Source: an uncultured Pseudomonadota bacterium
GTDB taxonomy: Bacteria; Pseudomonadota; Alphaproteobacteria; JACZXZ01
Assembly: GCA_963749075.1 (NCBI GenBank)
Contig: CAVVLJ010000020.1
Coordinates: 800,001 to 864,000 of the forward strand
Reading direction: 5' to 3'
DNA: 64,000 nucleotides
A program made the translations under genes and the position numbers. This document shows positions 18,742 to 28,887 of this stretch, in pieces. Under the pieces are notes generated by a model, which did not search any database, was not told the DNA's origin, and saw only the letters and a program-made list of their open reading frames with translations. Within the stretch, counting starts at the first letter, position 1; each line of letters starts with the position of its first letter.

Positions 18742-19039
18742 CCGCGCGCCGGCGCGGCGGCTCTTTACACGCTTCCGGCAGCGGTCTACAAAACGCGAAA
18801 TCCAGGCATTTGCCATGGAGGCCACGTGCGGAGCCTCGAAATAGGGTCTGCCCAGCTCGGTTCAACGCGCGGCGATGCCGCGGCTCATATAACGACGGCC
18901 GGTTGCGCGGACGCGTTCGGTATGCGCCGTGCCGCCGGGCGCGGGCCGCGTCGACCCCGCGCCGCTTGCGTGCAACTCTGCCGTCCACAATCAAAACCCG
19001 AGTCGCGCGGCAATAAATCAGCCTGCAGGCCTTAACGCC

Positions 19040-21325
19040 GTGTCGCTCCTGCGGGCTCTCCGCCGGACTGCGCGCGGAAGAGCTTTCTCCATCTCGATTG
19101 CCCTGTTCGTCGCGGCGGCCTCGCTGAATTACGCTCTATTTCCGGAGTTTTTACTGAGCCACTTCGACGGAATGTATTTTTATTCCGAAATGATGACGCT
19201 CTCGTCCTGGGGCGGCCCCTTCCTCGGACCCACATATACGCCGATGGAGGGCATGTATTCTTTGACCCATCCCGGCAATGCGGCTCTCATCCCCCACCTC
19301 GCACCCTATTTTCTGCTCCACGATCCGGATACTGCCATCTTCCTGAGTTATGTGATTTTCGCGACGATTTTATATGCTTCGAGCCTGTTCCTGCTCGTCA
19401 ACATCGGAGCGAACAAGTACGTCGCGATCGTCGCGTCTTTTCTCACATTTTTCATGACTGCCAATTTGCAGGCCACCCATTCGGTAGGAGGGCTGCAAAC
19501 CACCGTTGTCTATAACGCCAATTTATTGCTGGGCTTGCTGTTGTGCATCGGCCGAAGCCCCAGGCTTCTTTTCAATTCGCTCTATGCCGCGGCGTTCATC
19601 GTTCTCGCACTGCTTATTCTCGCGGCGGACCCCGCCGTCGCGACCTTGGCCGGCCCGACGTTGCTGGTGTTCGGAATAGCCGCCCTCGTCGCGTCGCGCT
19701 CGCGCTCGGAGTTGCTGTGGAAGATCGCCGCGGCCGCGGCCGCGGCATGCGCGACCGCGGGATTGTACGCGGAATATGTGATGACGCTCTTCGCATTCTC
19801 GGCGCGCGTTCTACTCTCGGGCTCGTTCGAAACATCGCCGTTTGGCTGGCGCCAGCCGGGTGTGCCGTTTTATCCCGAACATCAGCTCCAGTTTTACCTG
19901 CTCATGGCATTCAGCGGCGCGCTTTCGGCGGTGCTTCTCGGCAAAAAGACGGGGATCACGAGGCCGGTCATCACATTCGCGCTCGCCGCGCTCGCGACCA
20001 TCTTCCTTTGGTGCGCCGCCGGATTGGTCTTCATGCTTGGATGGTTTGGCTCGGACATGCCGAATTGGGCCTACTTCGACCAGGCGGCGTTCCCCATATT
20101 GTGCTTGTTCATCGTGCAAGGGTTGCGCTGCGTGGGGAGCTACCTCGCCGTCGAGAGCGAACGCACGGCGCGCCTTGGCCGGGTATTTGCGATTCTCGCC
20201 TTCCCGTTGGCCACCTATTTCCTGTGGCGCGCCCGGCTGGGTCTGCCCTGGATGACGATCTGCGCGCTCTATGCGGCGGCGAACCTTTGGTATTCGCTGG
20301 CGACCTTCTTCCAGGCGAGACGGGCCGCCCGGCCGGCGATGCGGCTTGTCGCCTGGGCTCCCCTATTGATCGCCTTTGCTGCCGTGGGCCTGCAAAATCA
20401 GGACCTCGGGATCAATGAAGCGCGTTGGACGGAACGCTTGAACCTGAGGCCCAACGACATCGAGGCGTTCCTCGCCGAGCGCACTCGGCTCACGCCGAAC
20501 GGCAAATTCAGAGGGGCCGTGGAAACGAGCTACAAAGTGACGCCAAAGCCGGCTTCCAACACGTATTATCTGCTCAATTCGTCGTTTCAGAACATCGCGG
20601 AATTCCACAATCCGCTGCAGGTCTTCAGCTGGCATCGGCTCGGGATTCCCACCCTGTCTCAATACGGGCATTACGTTACGCCCGACCTCTTTTATTTGGT
20701 CTCGCACACGCTGGATACCGGCGACATCATGCAATCGCGTAATATATTGGTGGTTACGGAGCCGAATTCCAAAATCCTCGCAATGCTGGGTGTCCGTTAT
20801 CTTGTCACCTCGACGGCGGGAAGCGCCGATTCGGCGGGGGCCGAGCTCGTGCACAAATCCGGCTCCCTCTCCGTTTTCGAATTGAAGCGGCCGAATCTTT
20901 TCGATTATAGCCCTACGATGCCCGTTCAATTCGCAAACTTTCAAGACTCTATCGGGCTCATATCGAGTCCGGCCTTCGACCCGGAGAAGGAATTCGCCGT
21001 CTATGACGCGTCGCTGGCGGGCTACGCGCTGGTGCCGGCTCGCAACGCCTCGGGCGAATTCTTGAAGCGGGGCCTGCGCGTGAAAGCGCAGGCTCCAGGC
21101 TGGGCGGTCATCGTCATGCCGCTCGACTATAGCCGCTGCCTTCGCGCGAGTGGCGATAGCGGCGATGTGAGGTTGTTTCGCTCCAATGTCGCCATGACGG
21201 GTATCCTGTTCAAAGAGGTCCTCGATGCGCGCGTAGAGATGGCTTACGGCCCACTACAAGGGATCCGGTGCCGCCGCCTGGATCTCGACGACATACGCGA
21301 CCTGCTCGCGCCGGCGCCCCCTTGA
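19040..21325 (+). CDS. Large polytopic membrane protein (YfhO-like architecture; putative GT-C glycosyltransferase)
   Basis: Many TM helices, then a soluble domain with GIPTLSQYGHY, LAMLGVRYLV, PNLFDYSPT, VMPLDYSRCL; A/T-richer codons; start uncertain. Confidence 0.7.
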   Translation: MSLLRALRRTARGRAFSISIALFVAAASLNYALFPEFLLSHFDGMYFYSEMMTLSSWGGPFLGPTYTPMEGMYSLTHPGNAALIPHLAPYFLLHDPDTAIFLSYVIFATILYASSLFLLVNIGANKYVAIVASFLTFFMTANLQATHSVGGLQTTVVYNANLLLGLLLCIGRSPRLLFNSLYAAAFIVLALLILAADPAVATLAGPTLLVFGIAALVASRSRSELLWKIAAAAAAACATAGLYAEYVMTLFAFSARVLLSGSFETSPFGWRQPGVPFYPEHQLQFYLLMAFSGALSAVLLGKKTGITRPVITFALAALATIFLWCAAGLVFMLGWFGSDMPNWAYFDQAAFPILCLFIVQGLRCVGSYLAVESERTARLGRVFAILAFPLATYFLWRARLGLPWMTICALYAAANLWYSLATFFQARRAARPAMRLVAWAPLLIAFAAVGLQNQDLGINEARWTERLNLRPNDIEAFLAERTRLTPNGKFRGAVETSYKVTPKPASNTYYLLNSSFQNIAEFHNPLQVFSWHRLGIPTLSQYGHYVTPDLFYLVSHTLDTGDIMQSRNILVVTEPNSKILAMLGVRYLVTSTAGSADSAGAELVHKSGSLSVFELKRPNLFDYSPTMPVQFANFQDSIGLISSPAFDPEKEFAVYDASLAGYALVPARNASGEFLKRGLRVKAQAPGWAVIVMPLDYSRCLRASGDSGDVRLFRSNVAMTGILFKEVLDARVEMAYGPLQGIRCRRLDLDDIRDLLAPAPP

Positions 21326-21366
21326 TCGCGCCCTCCGGCACGGGTTCCTCCAAGCGTCGCCGTACG

Positions 21367-22404
21367 TCAGCCGCCCGCGGCGCAGCGCTCCATGATCGGC
21401 CGCGCCGCTTCCAGCATGGCTCCGCTCCACGCTGAGGCACTGCGGTTGTTGAGGTGGGAGCCGTCGAAGGTACGCAGCCCCGCGATCCTCGGGGAGACGA
21501 AGCTGAGGCCGAGGTCGGAGGCCAGCGCTCGTCCGTCCTCGAGCGGCGTCTTCGCCCAGGGGACCACCGTGATCACTATGCACTCGCGGCGTACCGCGAG
21601 GCCGGCGAGAAAGCTCCGCGCGATGGCGAGCTCCTCCTGGTGGGCCCGCTCGTCGACCGGCGTCTCATAGTCGACCGGCGGCCCGTCGGCATCGGTGTCG
21701 ACGATCATCATGTGCCAGGCACCGGTGGCGCGCGAACGGGAGATGGCGAGGCCGCTGCGCATGCGCGACGGGCCAACGTCCGTCTCGCAGAGGGTTCTTG
21801 CGAGTGCGCACAGATTGCGGTCGACGATCCCCCACAACCGTTTTTCGCGGTAGACCGCGCGGCCGCCCTTGTCGAGCAGGACGGTGCGCGCCGGCGGGCT
21901 CATGTGGCTGTTGAAGAACGCGTCGGCGTTGATGATGAGCACCTTGGGCCGCAGGCGAAGATGCTTGAGCAAGGCGTCCTCGAAGACCGCGCCCTCGTCA
22001 TAGCCGAAGCCGAGCAGGTAATAGCGCAACGACGAACCGGAGAACCACCGGGCGGTCGCAGCGGACGAAAATGCCATCTGGGTGCGGCTGTTGCCGACGA
22101 ACACGACGTCGGCAGCGCGGAGATTCTCCACGACACCCGGCTCCAGGCCGAAATAGATGGCGCCATGCTCGTAGTCGGCATAGCGCGGCGCGGTGCAATA
22201 GGCGAGGTAACTGCCGTCATCGGTGACCGCAGGGCAACGGAATATGCTGTTGGTCTTGATGCCGTATGCGAAGGCCGCAAGCGCGGCAAGGACGATCGCG
22301 ATGCAATAGACGCGCAGCCACCCGCGCGCGCGTCCGGCCGGCCGCGGCCGCAGGCCACCCGCACCCGATGCCGTGACGAATCCGTCGCGAGGGACGAGGT
22401 CCAT
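21367..22404 (-). CDS. SGNH/AlgJ-like periplasmic O-acyltransferase partner protein
   Basis: N-terminal TM helix, VVFVGNSR (block I-like) and DGSHLN (DxxH); directly downstream of the MBOAT gene. Confidence 0.65.
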   Translation of the reverse strand: MDLVPRDGFVTASGAGGLRPRPAGRARGWLRVYCIAIVLAALAAFAYGIKTNSIFRCPAVTDDGSYLAYCTAPRYADYEHGAIYFGLEPGVVENLRAADVVFVGNSRTQMAFSSAATARWFSGSSLRYYLLGFGYDEGAVFEDALLKHLRLRPKVLIINADAFFNSHMSPPARTVLLDKGGRAVYREKRLWGIVDRNLCALARTLCETDVGPSRMRSGLAISRSRATGAWHMMIVDTDADGPPVDYETPVDERAHQEELAIARSFLAGLAVRRECIVITVVPWAKTPLEDGRALASDLGLSFVSPRIAGLRTFDGSHLNNRSASAWSGAMLEAARPIMERCAAGG

Positions 22405-22409
22405 GGCCC

Positions 22410-23963
22410 CTAGAATTGGAAATAGAGGAACTGCTGGTTTGCCGGGCCGTATGCAACGGACACAGCTGCCAGCCCCATCATCACGACGCCCCACGCCCAG
22501 TTGGGTACCCAGAGAAGCGAGCGCGGCCAGAGGGTGGTCTGCCGCTCGAGCGCGGGCGGGAAGCGCGACATGAGCTCCTGAGAGTTGGGCAGCAAGAAGA
22601 CGATGGCGAGGAGTGCCGAGAGCCACACGAAAGCCGCGGCCGAGACCTTGCCCGGCACGTACGGCGGCGGTTGGCCCAGAATGCCCAGGACGTTGAGGTT
22701 GTGCCAGAAGTTCGGCCGCACCACGAGATCGGCGGCGCCGAGGCCGTGGAGGCCGAAGAGGCCTTCGAGCATGCCCATGGCGGCATCGAGATTAGGCGCG
22801 CGGAAAAAAACCCAGGCCACGTACACCGCGGCGAAGGTCAGAAGCTGGGCAGCGGCGCCACGTAGCCGTCCGGCCGCGCCCAGCCTGGCGCCGACCGTGG
22901 CGTTCCACAGGTGATTGACCAGAAGATAGAGGCCGTGGAGACCGCCCCAGATCACGAAGGTCCAGGCGGCACCGTGCCACAGACCGCCCAGCAGCATGAC
23001 GATCATGAGATTGGCGTAGCGCCGCGGCGCGCCCTTGCGATTGCCGCCCAGCGGGAAATAGAGGTAATCACGCAGGAAGCGCGAGAGCGTCATGTGCCAG
23101 CGCCGCCAGAACTCGATGATGCTCCGCGACTTGTAGGGCGAGTTGAAATTCAGCGGCAGGCGGACACCGAAAATCAACGAGCCGCCGATCGCCATATCCG
23201 AGTAGCCGGAGAAATCGAAATAGATTTGCAGGCAGTACGCAAGCGTCGCCGGCAGCGCCTGGATGAAGCTGAGTGCCAGCCCCTGCGTCGCCAAATCGAA
23301 GCCGGCATTCGCGTAGTCGGCGATGCCGTCGGCCAGGACCGCTTTCTTGAATAGCCCGATGCAAAAGATCGACAGGCCCGCGGCGACGTTGGCGGGATGC
23401 ACCCGCGGGCGGCGCGCCTGACGGTCGAATTGCGGCATCATCTCCTTGTGGTGCAGCACCGGCCCGGCGATCAGATGGGGGAAGTAGCTGACGAACAACC
23501 CGTAGCGGAAGAGATTGAAGTCGCGCACCTTGCCCGCGTAAACGTCGCAGAGAAAGGCAATTTGAGTGAAGGTGAAGAACGAGATGCCGAGCGGCAGCTC
23601 GACGGGCGCGCGCTGCCACGCGCGGCCGAAGAGGGCGTAAAGATTCTCGCCCAGGAACCCCGAATATTTGAAGTAGCCGATCGCCGCGAGGTTCGCGGCG
23701 ACAGCGACGGCGAGGAGCGCTTTGGCGTGCCCGGCCCTGCCGCCGTCGCGGGCGTGCGCGATCAGTCCGCCTGCCGCGAGGTTGCAAAGGGCGGAAGCGC
23801 AGAGGAGCGGCACGTAGGAGACATCCCACCAGCCGTAGAAGAAGAGCGAGGCGGCGGTGAGCCAGATCGTGGTGAGCTTGGGCACGTGGCGCTGGATCAC
23901 CAGGTAGCCGAGGAAGGTGATCGGGAGAAAGGCGAAGAGGAAGACAGGAGAGTTGAACAGCAT
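22410..23963 (-). CDS. MBOAT family O-acyltransferase (AlgI/DltB-like)
   Basis: MLFNS, LPLGISFFTFTQIAF, FPHLIAGP, QIYFDFSGYSDMA, EFWRRWHMTLSRFLRDYLY, GLWHGA, FLYFQF. Confidence 0.95.
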   Translation of the reverse strand: MLFNSPVFLFAFLPITFLGYLVIQRHVPKLTTIWLTAASLFFYGWWDVSYVPLLCASALCNLAAGGLIAHARDGGRAGHAKALLAVAVAANLAAIGYFKYSGFLGENLYALFGRAWQRAPVELPLGISFFTFTQIAFLCDVYAGKVRDFNLFRYGLFVSYFPHLIAGPVLHHKEMMPQFDRQARRPRVHPANVAAGLSIFCIGLFKKAVLADGIADYANAGFDLATQGLALSFIQALPATLAYCLQIYFDFSGYSDMAIGGSLIFGVRLPLNFNSPYKSRSIIEFWRRWHMTLSRFLRDYLYFPLGGNRKGAPRRYANLMIVMLLGGLWHGAAWTFVIWGGLHGLYLLVNHLWNATVGARLGAAGRLRGAAAQLLTFAAVYVAWVFFRAPNLDAAMGMLEGLFGLHGLGAADLVVRPNFWHNLNVLGILGQPPPYVPGKVSAAAFVWLSALLAIVFLLPNSQELMSRFPPALERQTTLWPRSLLWVPNWAWGVVMMGLAAVSVAYGPANQQFLYFQF

Positions 23964-24370
23964 GGCTCCGGACTTTCTCTCGCACGTCATTGGCGCAAGC
24001 CGACGAGTCGCCAACTCCTCCCGGCTGCTGCGATTGGTTCGCGAGCACAGATCGCAGACGCGGCTCTGCGCGCCTGTCGGCCACGATAGACGAGCGCGCG
24101 GGGCGTAGGCAACCCGTCACCGGCCGTCCGAGCGGCTGCGGTGGCGCCCGGTTGCCGCCGAGAAGTCGGGCGAACCGGCGCGGAGCCGCGCGGCTTTCTG
24201 CCGCCCGCCGCCGTGCCGCATTGTGGCTTTTCTGCAACTCAGCGATATTGACACCAGCGATTTGCCTATGGCATGTGGACCATGGGTGGGGAGCATCGCC
24301 TGCTAGGCAATGGCCGTGCCGCAGCCTCGCGGCGCCATGTCGGTGCCGCGTCACAGTTGGCGAGTCGCGA

Positions 24371-25201
24371 ATGCCGATGACGTCGTCGCAACGAATGCCG
24401 GCCCTCTCGATCGCACTTCCGGCGCTCAACGAGGAGGACGTCATCCGCCAGGTCGCGGGCGAGATCGTCGCGGTCGTGGAGAGCCTGCTCGCCGATTGGG
24501 AGCTCATCCTGGTCGACGACGGCTCGAGCGACCGCACGGGCGCCATCATGGACGAGCTGGCGGCGGCGCACCCCAGGCTGCGCGCCGTGCACAACCGCGG
24601 CAATCTCGGCCTCGGCAACAGCTTCAAGGTCGGCTTGCGCGAGGCGCGCTTTCCCTACTACATGATGCTCTGCGGCGACGGCGGCTTTCCCGCCGCGAGC
24701 CTGCCGCCCATCCTCGCGCGCATGGGCACGGCCAACGTGGTGGTGCCCGCGATCGACAACCTCAAGGAGATCAAGACGCCGCTGCGCTACGCCATGTCGC
24801 GCAGCTACACCCTCCTCATGAACGCGCTCTTCCGCCAGCACCTCTCCTATTACAACGGCCTGCCGCTCTACCGCACGGCGCTTCTTCGCGCGCTCACCAT
24901 CACGAGCACCGGCTTCGCCTTCCAGGGCGAGATCCTGACCAAGCTCTTGAAGGCCGGCTGCAGCTACGTCGAGGTGCCGGTGCCCGGCGAGGAGCGCACC
25001 CGGCGCTCCTCGGCCCTCCGTCTCGGCAACCTCGCGAGCATCGCGCGCACGCTTCTCCGCCTCGTCGTCGAGATGCGGCGCTACGATCCGGCGGCGGTGC
25101 GCGGCGCCCGCTCGTCGGCCGCCCTCGAGGGCTCCCTGCCGCACGCCGAGCCGTCGCCCGTCCCCAGCCTGGCGAAGCGGCGAAGGGCGAACACGCTGTG
25201 A
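24371..25201 (+). CDS. GT2 glycosyltransferase (DPM-synthase-like, no TM tail)
   Basis: SIALPALNEED, LVDDGSSDRTG, NLGLG, GFAFQGEIL; start at 24371, 24377 or 24395. Confidence 0.88.
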   Translation: MPMTSSQRMPALSIALPALNEEDVIRQVAGEIVAVVESLLADWELILVDDGSSDRTGAIMDELAAAHPRLRAVHNRGNLGLGNSFKVGLREARFPYYMMLCGDGGFPAASLPPILARMGTANVVVPAIDNLKEIKTPLRYAMSRSYTLLMNALFRQHLSYYNGLPLYRTALLRALTITSTGFAFQGEILTKLLKAGCSYVEVPVPGEERTRRSSALRLGNLASIARTLLRLVVEMRRYDPAAVRGARSSAALEGSLPHAEPSPVPSLAKRRRANTL

Positions 25202-26229
25202 CCGGGCGCGTCTCGCAACCGGGTGCGCGCGGGAGCGACGCCCCGTCCGGCAATTCGCCCGTCAGCGCCGCGGAGCTCGCCCGCCTCTACCGCTCGGTCT
25301 ACCGCTTGCGCCGCACCGAGGAGACCCTCGCCGAGCTCTACCGCGAGCAGGAGATGCGCACGCCCACCCACTTCGGCATCGGCCAGGAGGCGGTGGCGAG
25401 TGGGGTCTCGGAGGCGCTCGCGCCCGAGGACGTGGTCTATAGCCACCACCGCTGCCACAACCACTATCTCGCGCGCGGCGGCAGCGTCGAGGCGCTCGCG
25501 GCGGAGCTCTACGGGCGCGAGACGGGCTGCTCGCGGGGCCGCGGCGGCTCGGTGCACCTGACCGCGCGTGAGCGGGGCTTCGTGGTCTCGAGCGCCATCG
25601 TCGGCGAGACCGTCGCGGTGGCGACCGGCTCGGCGCTCGCCTTCAAGATGGACGGCGTGCCCCGCGTCGCGGTGACCTTCTTCGGCGAGGCCACCTGGGA
25701 GGAGGGCATCATCTACGAGTGCCTCAATTACGCCTCGATCCGGCGGCTTCCGGTCTTCTTCGTCTGCGAGAACAATCTCTATTCGACCGAGAGCCCGCTC
25801 GCGGTGCGCCAGCCGCCGGGAACCGATCTCTGCGAGCGAGCCGGCGCCTTCAAGATCCCCGCCGAGCGCATCGACGGCAACGACGTGGCGGGCGTCTATG
25901 CGGCGGCCCGGCGCGCGCTCGACGGCATCCGGGGCGGCGAGGGCCCCTACTTGCTCGAGTGCATGACCTACCGCTGGCGCGAGCACGTGGGCCCGCTCTA
26001 CGACCACGAGATGGGACGCACCTATCGCAGCCGCGCCGAGCTCGAGGAGTGGATGGCGCGTTGCCCGGTCAAGCGCGCGCGTCAGCGCCTCTTGGACGGG
26101 CGCCACGCGGCCGAGGGCGAGATCGTCCTCTGGGAGGGCGAGATCGAGCGCGAGATCGCGGCCGCGGTCAAGGCCGCCAAGGCGGCACCCCAGCCGAGCC
26201 CGGCAGACCTCTTCGAGCACGTCTGGTGA
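25198..26229 (+). CDS. ThDP-dependent dehydrogenase E1 alpha-like subunit
   Basis: PTHFGIGQEAVA, SHHRCHNHYLA, GRGGSVH, FFGEATWEEG...CENNLYS, IDGNDV, TYRWREHVG; GTGA overlap with upstream stop. Confidence 0.92.
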   Translation: MTGRVSQPGARGSDAPSGNSPVSAAELARLYRSVYRLRRTEETLAELYREQEMRTPTHFGIGQEAVASGVSEALAPEDVVYSHHRCHNHYLARGGSVEALAAELYGRETGCSRGRGGSVHLTARERGFVVSSAIVGETVAVATGSALAFKMDGVPRVAVTFFGEATWEEGIIYECLNYASIRRLPVFFVCENNLYSTESPLAVRQPPGTDLCERAGAFKIPAERIDGNDVAGVYAAARRALDGIRGGEGPYLLECMTYRWREHVGPLYDHEMGRTYRSRAELEEWMARCPVKRARQRLLDGRHAAEGEIVLWEGEIEREIAAAVKAAKAAPQPSPADLFEHVW

Positions 26230-27299
26230 TGAGCGAGCCTGCTGCCAGGATCGAGACGGCGAAGGCGCGCCAGCTCAAATACTCCGATGCGCTGTCGGAG
26301 GGGCTCGTGCAGGCCATGACGCGCGATCCCAGCATCTTCGTAGCCGGCATCGCCGTCGACTACTCCTCGGGCATCTTCGGCTCGACCCTCGAGGCGGTGA
26401 AGCGCTTCGGCCCCGCGCGCATCTTCGATACGCCCGCCATGGAGAACGCCCTCACCGGCATCGCCATCGGCGCCGCCGCGGTGGGCAAGCGCCCGATGAT
26501 CGTCCACGCGCGCAACGACTTCATGTTCCTCGCCTTCGACCAGATGATCAACTTGGCCGCCAAGTGGCACTACATGTTCGGCGGCCGCGCCGGCCCGCTC
26601 CCCCTCGTGGTGCGCGCCATCGTCGGGCGCGGCTGGGGGCAGGGCGCCACGCATTCGCAGAGCCTCCACGGCGTGCTGGCGCATTTCCCCGGCCTCAAGG
26701 TGGTGACGCCGGCGCTGCCGCAGGACGCCAAGGGCCTGACCATCGCGGCGCTGCAATCGAACTCGCCCGTCGTCATCATCGAGCACCGCACGCTCTACGG
26801 CCTGAGCGGCCCGGTGAGCGAGGCGTTCGAGCCGACCCCCATCGGCGTCGCCAGCGTGGCGCGCCAGGGACGCGACGTGAGCGTGGTCGCCGCCTCCTAC
26901 ATGGTCGTCGAGGCGCTCCATGCGGCGGCCGAGCTCGAGAAGGAGGGCATCTCGGCCGAGGTCGTCGACCTGCGCACCATCCGCCCGCTCGACGAGGAGA
27001 CGGTGCTCGCCTCCGTGCGCAAGACCGGGCGGCTCATCGCCGTCGACACGAGCTGGGAGCTCTGCGGCGTGGTGAGCGAGATCGCGGCCCTCGCCGCCGA
27101 GAAGGCCTTCCACTCTCTCAAGGCGCCGGTCAGGCGTTTGGCGCTCGCGGATTGCCCGGCGCCGGTCGCGGCCTCCCTCGAGGCGGTCTTCTACCCCAAG
27201 GCCTCGACGATCGTGCAAGCAGCACTGGCACTCATGGGGCGCGGCGCGCGCCAGCTCGGCGACATCGATCTGGTCGACGATTTCAAGGGGCCCTATTAG
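26229..27299 (+). CDS. ThDP-dependent dehydrogenase E1 beta / transketolase C-terminal subunit
   Basis: RIFDTPAMENA, FDQMINLAAK, GQGATHSQS, IIEHRTLY, EVVDLRTIRPLD, SVRKTGRL. Confidence 0.92.
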   Translation: MSEPAARIETAKARQLKYSDALSEGLVQAMTRDPSIFVAGIAVDYSSGIFGSTLEAVKRFGPARIFDTPAMENALTGIAIGAAAVGKRPMIVHARNDFMFLAFDQMINLAAKWHYMFGGRAGPLPLVVRAIVGRGWGQGATHSQSLHGVLAHFPGLKVVTPALPQDAKGLTIAALQSNSPVVIIEHRTLYGLSGPVSEAFEPTPIGVASVARQGRDVSVVAASYMVVEALHAAAELEKEGISAEVVDLRTIRPLDEETVLASVRKTGRLIAVDTSWELCGVVSEIAALAAEKAFHSLKAPVRRLALADCPAPVAASLEAVFYPKASTIVQAALALMGRGARQLGDIDLVDDFKGPY

Positions 27300-27452
27300 G
27301 GGAGCACAGCCGCTTCCGCGGCAGGCGCGCCGGCAAATGCGGCTGGACATTCGCCGCCTCCCGCTTTACCTACGGCCGCGGGAAAGTCAGCCGGGCGGCG
27401 GGGTTCCGACAGCAGCGTGGACTTCACATCGATGACGCGCGGTGGCGCCGCG

Positions 27453-28853
27453 ATGAGCAGCAGGCGGCCGGACCATGCAACCGTGATGGTGGACCTGACG
27501 CCGCTCTTGCCGGGCGGCGGCAATGGCGGCGCCAAGTGGTTCGTGCTGGCGCTCCTCGAGGGCATGGCGCGGGCGCGGGCGGGCTGGCGCTGGCTGCTCT
27601 TGACCACTGCCGCCAACGAGGCGCTCCTCGCCGAGCGCTTCCCCGCCATGGCGCGGTTGCGCGCGATCGACGGGGAAGGCCGCGCGGAACTCCGCCCCGA
27701 TCCCGCGCACTTGCCCGGCGGCGGCCGCGCCGACCTTCTCTATTGCCCTTTCACCGCCCCCTTCTACGCGAGCCTGCTGGTGCCGACCGTCGCCACCGTC
27801 TACGACCTGCAGTTCGCCGAGTACCCGCAGTTCTTCAGCCGCGCCGAGGTCGAGGAGCGGGCGCGCAATTTCTTCGCCGCCGCGGCCGAATGCGAGCGGC
27901 TGGCGTGCATCTCGGATTACGTCCGCGCCCAAGTCCTGCGCATGAGCGGCCTCGCGGAGAAGCGGGCACGGCGCATCCACATCACGCTTCCCGAACGCCT
28001 CGGGCCGGGCGATGCGGCGGGCGAGGCGGCACTCCTTGCGCGCCATGGGGTGTTGCGCGGGCGCTACCTCATCTATCCGGCGAACACCTGGCCGCACAAG
28101 AACCACGAGATGCTGCTGACCGCGGCGGGGATGTATTTCGCGCGTCATCCGGCGAGCGACCTCAAGATCCTGTGCAGCGGGGTAAGCGACGATACGCGCG
28201 GGGGAGCGCTCAAGGCGGCCGCCGCGCGCATGGGGCTTGCCGGCCGCGTGCTTTTTCCGGGCTTCCTCGGCGAGGGGGAGCTCGCGGCACTCCTCGCCGC
28301 GGCGCGGGCGCTCATCTTTCCCTCGCTCTTCGAGGGCTTCGGCATGCCCGTCCTCGAGGCGATGGCCGCGGGCGTGCCGGTGCTCTCAGCCGATCGCGCG
28401 AGCCTGCCCGAGATCGCCGGCGACGCGGCCCTCTTCTTCGATGCGCGGCGGCCGGGCGACGTCCTCCGCGCCATCGAGGCTATCGAGAGCGAGCCGGGGC
28501 TGCCCGCCCGGCTCGCCGCGGCCGGACGCGCGCGCGCCGCAGCACTCGGGGACGCCGAGAGCATGACGGCGGCCTATCTCGAGCTCTTCGACGAGGCGAT
28601 CGCGGACGAGCGCTGGCATTTGGGTCGGCTCTCCCGCCGCCTCCGGCGGCTCAGGCGCGCGGCCGGGCGTGCCTTGGGCTCCGCTTCCCTCAGAGCCGGC
28701 GCACGCGGCGCCGCGGCAGCGCTCCGCCGCCGCTTGCAGGCGTGGCTCCACGGCCGCCTGCAGCTCGCGCGCGCGGAGCTCGGGCGCCGGCTGCCGGTTC
28801 TCAAGACGCTGGTGCGCGGCGTGCGGCGGCTTTTCGCGGGCGCCAAGCCGTGA
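27453..28853 (+). CDS. GT4 glycosyltransferase with Arg-rich amphipathic C-terminal tail
   Basis: YPANTWPHKNH, FPSLFEGFGMPVLEAMAAG, SLPEIAGDAA; start at 27432 or 27453. Confidence 0.9.
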   Translation: MSSRRPDHATVMVDLTPLLPGGGNGGAKWFVLALLEGMARARAGWRWLLLTTAANEALLAERFPAMARLRAIDGEGRAELRPDPAHLPGGGRADLLYCPFTAPFYASLLVPTVATVYDLQFAEYPQFFSRAEVEERARNFFAAAAECERLACISDYVRAQVLRMSGLAEKRARRIHITLPERLGPGDAAGEAALLARHGVLRGRYLIYPANTWPHKNHEMLLTAAGMYFARHPASDLKILCSGVSDDTRGGALKAAAARMGLAGRVLFPGFLGEGELAALLAAARALIFPSLFEGFGMPVLEAMAAGVPVLSADRASLPEIAGDAALFFDARRPGDVLRAIEAIESEPGLPARLAAAGRARAAALGDAESMTAAYLELFDEAIADERWHLGRLSRRLRRLRRAAGRALGSASLRAGARGAAAALRRRLQAWLHGRLQLARAELGRRLPVLKTLVRGVRRLFAGAKP

Positions 28854-28887
28854 CGCCCCGCCGGGACGCCAACCAGAGGCGCCCTGC

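Noticed and set aside
23964-24370. ncRNA or riboswitch in the long divergent intergenic regions (also 11274-11612 and 18742-19039)
   Set aside because: No recognisable conserved RNA motif or terminator by eye; an Rfam search would be needed
25198-27299. Housekeeping pyruvate dehydrogenase pdhA/pdhB
   Set aside because: No E2/E3 or lipoyl domain, and the genes are embedded in a glycosyltransferase operon; gene symbols withheld
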